A stretch of 22,165 bases of DNA from NCBI GenBank assembly GCA_964244895.1, contig CAXTKV010000073.1, positions 1 to 22,165 of the forward strand, given 5' to 3'. The translations under genes were made by a program, and so were the position numbers. Each line of letters opens with the position of its first letter. Positions within the stretch are counted from its first letter, which is position 1. This stretch comes from an uncultured Deinococcales bacterium (lineage in GTDB: Bacteria > Deinococcota > Deinococci > Deinococcales > JAAFIG01). The notes beneath the pieces were generated by a model. The model did no database searches and was not told the origin of the DNA. It saw only the letters and a program-made list of their open reading frames with translations. Positions 18,606 to 22,165 of the stretch are shown here, in pieces.

Positions 18606-18983
18606 TTAAATCCTCATGCGCCGCATCCAGAACATCAAGACCAGAATGACGATGTTCAGCGCGATCCCCGCGAACGCGAGGCTCGAGTCCAAACCAGTCA
18701 ATACCAGAGAGAAGACTGCCGCACCGATCAGCGCGGGTTGCCACCAGCTCGAGTCGGTCAGCATCCCGAGGGTCGCCACGACGAAACCGAGAGCGGCCAC
18801 CGCCCACAGCGCCCCAAAGACCCCGATTCCAGTCGCTCCGAGCTCCCAACGCCCATTGAGCAGGGTGGTCTTGTAGGCGAACCCCTTGATCTCACCGAGC
18901 CGCAGGTAGACCGTCGCGCCCATCAGGTGAATCAATCCGTGCGCAACCAACACCACGGCAGCCAGGATCAACGTCCATTTCAT
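18606..18983 (-). CDS. Small four-helix membrane protein (HGLIHLMG motif)
   Basis: About 125 aa with four hydrophobic segments. ATG at 18983 after GAGGTGAGGGG. Confidence 0.75.
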   Translation of the reverse strand: MKWTLILAAVVLVAHGLIHLMGATVYLRLGEIKGFAYKTTLLNGRWELGATGIGVFGALWAVAALGFVVATLGMLTDSSWWQPALIGAAVFSLVLTGLDSSLAFAGIALNIVILVLMFWMRRMRI

Positions 18984-18998
18984 GCCCCTCACCTCGAG

Positions 18999-19817
18999 TC
19001 ACTTGCCACCGCTCGACATGGCCGCGCTGACATCGGCGTTCAGCACGATCTCCTCGACGTTAAACACGGCCCACGGTTTGCCGTCGTCCATCCACGTCAC
19101 TGCGCCCTGCGTTGAAACCATCTGCCCGCCGAGCATCGCCCAGGCTCGAGTCTCGTTGATCCACAAGACTTTCTGATCGGTTTTGAAGCGCATGGCCTCG
19201 AGGAAGCACACCACGTGCGTGTCGGGGTCGAAGCGCACGACGAAGGTTTCAACACCCGCCTCGAATGGGACGGTCAGCGTGGCGGTCACGTCATCCACGG
19301 CATTCCAATGCACCCTCGGATCGGTCAGGAAAATCGCGGGGAACCAGATCGCTTCCGCCCACAACCCCAGATTGGCGGCTTGATTCGCTTTTGGGTCGTT
19401 CTGGGTCGTGCCCCACGGCATCTGCTGGCGGCTCGAGCTTGCGATGTAGGTTTCGATGACCTTCAGGATGGGCACTCCGAAAACCGTGGCTTCAATGTCA
19501 TGGCGGTAATCTTTGCCTGCGACGTGCGTGAAGCGAAAGCGTGCCGGAAAGGCGACCGGCCCGACGGGTCGAATCGTGGCCCGCCCAGAGATCACTGCCG
19601 AGCAAATCACCGGGATGTTCTCGCCGTAGATTTTCCGGTAGAACCTGGCGACCGGGGCGGGTAAACCCTCAGGTAAGGGGATCGTCTCGAGCTTCTTTGT
19701 CGGTTGGGCGAACGCTGGGAACGATGCGGGCTTGAACCTCAACCCGACGAAACCGAGTACCACCAAAAATAGAACGCTCGAGAATACGATCACGGTGATT
19801 TTGAAGAGCGTGTTCAT
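18999..19817 (-). CDS. DUF6544-like membrane-anchored protein
   Basis: N-terminal transmembrane segment, LPAPVARFY, WAEAIWFPA, V.W.AVDD.TA and EAMRF. GGGAGG RBS before the ATG at 19817. Confidence 0.7.
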   Translation of the reverse strand: MNTLFKITVIVFSSVLFLVVLGFVGLRFKPASFPAFAQPTKKLETIPLPEGLPAPVARFYRKIYGENIPVICSAVISGRATIRPVGPVAFPARFRFTHVAGKDYRHDIEATVFGVPILKVIETYIASSSRQQMPWGTTQNDPKANQAANLGLWAEAIWFPAIFLTDPRVHWNAVDDVTATLTVPFEAGVETFVVRFDPDTHVVCFLEAMRFKTDQKVLWINETRAWAMLGGQMVSTQGAVTWMDDGKPWAVFNVEEIVLNADVSAAMSSGGK

Positions 19818-19926
19818 GGTTGCCTCCCGTGCGGGCGCACGAACCGGGCCGCAGTGGGTTCGTGCATCTTGAGGCGCACCCGGTGACCCCCTACGATCCA
19901 ACTTCGTGGCGGCGAGGGTCTGTCAC

Positions 19927-20223
19927 TCAAACGGAGCTTGATGATCCTGGATTGGCCGAGTCAGTGTTCGCCTCCGGGAGCGCACCGGTTCGTTCGACAA
20001 CGATGGTCAAGTGCGCCGCAAGAGCCGCGATCGCGCCAATCGCCGCCCAGACGGGTAGCAGCAGCGCCCCGACCACACCGACTGTTAATGGAATCTCGAT
20101 CAGGGTGTGACCGTCATCGTTCTTGATCGTGACCCGACGAATGTTGCCTTCGTGCAAGAGATCTTTGAGTTTGCCAACCATCGCGTCGCCGCTCAGTTTG
20201 AATTCCTGGGTGTTGGGCGTCAT
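19927..20223 (-). CDS. DUF4342-domain protein
   Basis: KLKDLLHEGNIRRVTIK....LIEIPLTVGVVGALL.P..AAIGAIAAL....TIVVER. AAGGAG RBS before the ATG at 20223. Confidence 0.85.
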   Translation of the reverse strand: MTPNTQEFKLSGDAMVGKLKDLLHEGNIRRVTIKNDDGHTLIEIPLTVGVVGALLLPVWAAIGAIAALAAHLTIVVERTGALPEANTDSANPGSSSSV

Positions 20224-20299
20224 CTGATGCTCCTTTGATTCATGTTCTCGAGATGGCTTCTTGGATGTGCCGATTGTGATGTTCGAGTTCAGCAAGCAC

Positions 20300-20332
20300 A
20301 CCATCAGGCGCGACCGTTACCACCGAGTGACC
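20300..20332 (-). promoter_or_regulatory. Putative activator box plus -10 element (DUF4342-mgtA operon)
   Basis: Minus strand GGTCACTCGGTGGTAACG-N9-GATGGT. Confidence 0.65.
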
Positions 20333-20447
20333 ACTGTGATCGGTGGACGGAACATCAATCCTGCGAGATGCTCGAGGCTTCGCACCTCGAATCCGGTGTC
20401 GGCGATACCGTCGGGAACGCGGCTCGCACGCTTGAATACGTCTGAAA

Positions 20448-20501
20448 ACGTCCAGGACGATGTTTTCGCAAGTATGTAGTGAAGAACATCGTCCTGGACG
20501 T
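20448..20501. repeat. 17-bp perfect inverted repeat made of two back-to-back arms of the palindromic repeat family
   Basis: ACGTCCAGGACGATGTT (20448-20464) and AACATCGTCCTGGACGT (20485-20501). Confidence 0.75.
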
Positions 20502-20577
20502 AATTCCGATCACGTGATCAAACGCCCACCAAAAGCGCTGCCTCGAGTTTCGCAACGACAGTTTCAGACTGGCTCGA

Positions 20578-22164
20578 TCAAAGTTTTTCGCCGAGCACAA
20601 CTCGAACACGATGGGTCAGGCCATCATCTCGCACAGGAACGCTCGAACCAGAGACCTGTTGACCGTCCACCTCGAGCACCTTGACGCCTCTCGTCACACC
20701 CTGCGGGTTCTCGACGCTGATCTCGTAGCGCGAGGAGTGGTACGCGAAGCTGATCCGGTAGCCCGCCCAGGCCCGAGGGATGCACGGGTCGATTTCAATC
20801 TGGTCCCCACGCAACTTGAAGCCGAGGATCGCTTCGATCCCGACGCGGTACAGCCAGCCGCTCGAGCCCGTGTACCATGTCCAGCCGCCGCGTCCGACGT
20901 GCGGCTCTTGGGCGTACACGTCCGCAGAAATCACGTAAGGTTCGACCTTGTAGCGGTGAACGCCAGCTCGGGTGGTGCTCCGGTTGATCGGGTTGAGCAT
21001 CGAGAACAATTCGAACGCCTTGTCCCCCTCGCCCAGCATGGCGAAGGCGAGCACCGACCAGACGGCGGCGTGCGTGTACTGCCCGCCGTTCTCGCGCACG
21101 CCGGGAAGATAGCCCTTGATGTAACCGGGGTCGCGCTCGGTGTGCTCAAAGGGTGGTGTGAACAGCAGCATTAGATTGTCTTCGCGTTTGACCAGGTGTT
21201 GCTCGAGGGACGCCATCGCTCGGGCGGCCCTGGTGGGTTCAGCAGCCCCAGAGATCACCGCCCAGGATTGGGCGATGGAGTCGATCCTGCACTCGTCGTT
21301 CTGGCTCGATCCGAGCGTCGTGCCGTCGTCGTAGAAAGCGCGTTTGTACCACTCGCCGTCCCAGCCGTGCGTCTCGAGCGCGAGCTTGAGCGCGCCCGCG
21401 TGTTGACGCCAGACTCGGGCGCGCTCAGGTTCACCTCGCGCCTCGGCGAATTTCGCCCAGGCTGTCAGGTTGGCGTGCAGGAACCAGCCCATCCAGACGC
21501 TCTCGCCTTTGCCTTCGCGTCCGACGCGGTTCATGCCGTCGTTCCAATCGCCCGAGCCGATCAGCGGCAGGCCGTGCGCGCCGACCTTCAGGCTGTGCTC
21601 GAGCGCCCGAGCGCCGTGCTCGTAGAGCGTCGCGGACAACGGGGAAATTCGGGGCGTGTAGTACGAATCTTCCTGGTTGGGCTCGAGGGGTGGCCCCTCG
21701 ATGAAACCAACAAGCGCATCGAGCAGCCGCGCATCGCCCGAGACCTCGAGGTAGTGCGAGATCGCGTAAGGCAGCCACACGAGATCATCGCTGATGTGCG
21801 TCCGCACGCCGCGCCCGCTGGGCGGATGCCACCAGTGCTGCACGTCGCCCTCGAGAAACTGACGGCTGGCGGCGAGGAGAATCTGCTCGCGGGCCAGATC
21901 GGGCTTGACCATTGCGAGCGCCATCGTGTCCTGCAACTGGTCGCGGAAGCCGTAAGCACCGCCCGCCTGGTAGAACCCAGTGCGCGCCCAGATTCGGGAA
22001 GAGAGCGTCTGGTACGGGAGCCAACGATTGAGCATCAAGTCCATCGCGCGGCTCGGCGTAGTGACCCGCACTGCGCCGAGCGTATCGTTCCAGCCGCGCT
22101 TGACGGTCTCAAGGACGGCGCTGATGTCGGTGTTCCGGTAGAACGAGATCAGGCGCTGCGATTC
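20578..22164 (-). CDS. GH94 (GH36-type) glycoside phosphorylase domain, probably the C-terminus of an NdvB/cyclic beta-1,2-glucan synthase-like protein; 5'-truncated by the window
   Basis: [57 protein letters not shown] and GGWTWYTGS. The frame is open to the window end. Confidence 0.9.
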   Translation of the reverse strand, partial: ESQRLISFYRNTDISAVLETVKRGWNDTLGAVRVTTPSRAMDLMLNRWLPYQTLSSRIWARTGFYQAGGAYGFRDQLQDTMALAMVKPDLAREQILLAASRQFLEGDVQHWWHPPSGRGVRTHISDDLVWLPYAISHYLEVSGDARLLDALVGFIEGPPLEPNQEDSYYTPRISPLSATLYEHGARALEHSLKVGAHGLPLIGSGDWNDGMNRVGREGKGESVWMGWFLHANLTAWAKFAEARGEPERARVWRQHAGALKLALETHGWDGEWYKRAFYDDGTTLGSSQNDECRIDSIAQSWAVISGAAEPTRAARAMASLEQHLVKREDNLMLLFTPPFEHTERDPGYIKGYLPGVRENGGQYTHAAVWSVLAFAMLGEGDKAFELFSMLNPINRSTTRAGVHRYKVEPYVISADVYAQEPHVGRGGWTWYTGSSGWLYRVGIEAILGFKLRGDQIEIDPCIPRAWAGYRISFAYHSSRYEISVENPQGVTRGVKVLEVDGQQVSGSSVPVRDDGLTHRVRVVLGEKL

Positions 22165-22165
22165 C

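Overview
GC-rich bacterial DNA, probably from Deinococcota (inferred from the protein families and an extreme excess of CTCGAG). It has three parts. (1) 172-4606 (+): a putative sugar/glycoside catabolic cluster with a TolB/PD40 beta-propeller, an aldo/keto reductase interrupted by one in-frame TAG, a tandem VOC protein and an IolE/xylose-isomerase-like TIM barrel. (2) About 4610-6400: decayed remnants of a DUF917 gene, a WD40-like gene, an IS5-like transposase N-terminus and a tyrosine integrase C-terminus. (3) 6473-20330: a stress/dormancy-type cluster with an aeRF1-like protein lacking GGQ, an Acg-type nitroreductase, two P-type ATPases, DUF2171, triple-BON, tandem USP, DUF6544 and DUF4342 genes, and a standalone SARP/BTAD regulator with a Cys/His-rich tail. 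The 3' part of a GH94 gene closes the window. Main observations: a shared promoter motif, GGT(C/A)ACTC-N4-GTAA(C/T)G followed by exactly 9 nt and an NANNNT -10 box, at four promoters of the stress cluster (a candidate SARP regulon resembling the mycobacterial DosR regulon in content); a dispersed ~52-bp palindromic intergenic repeat family; and about 100 CTCGAG sites (HIP-like).
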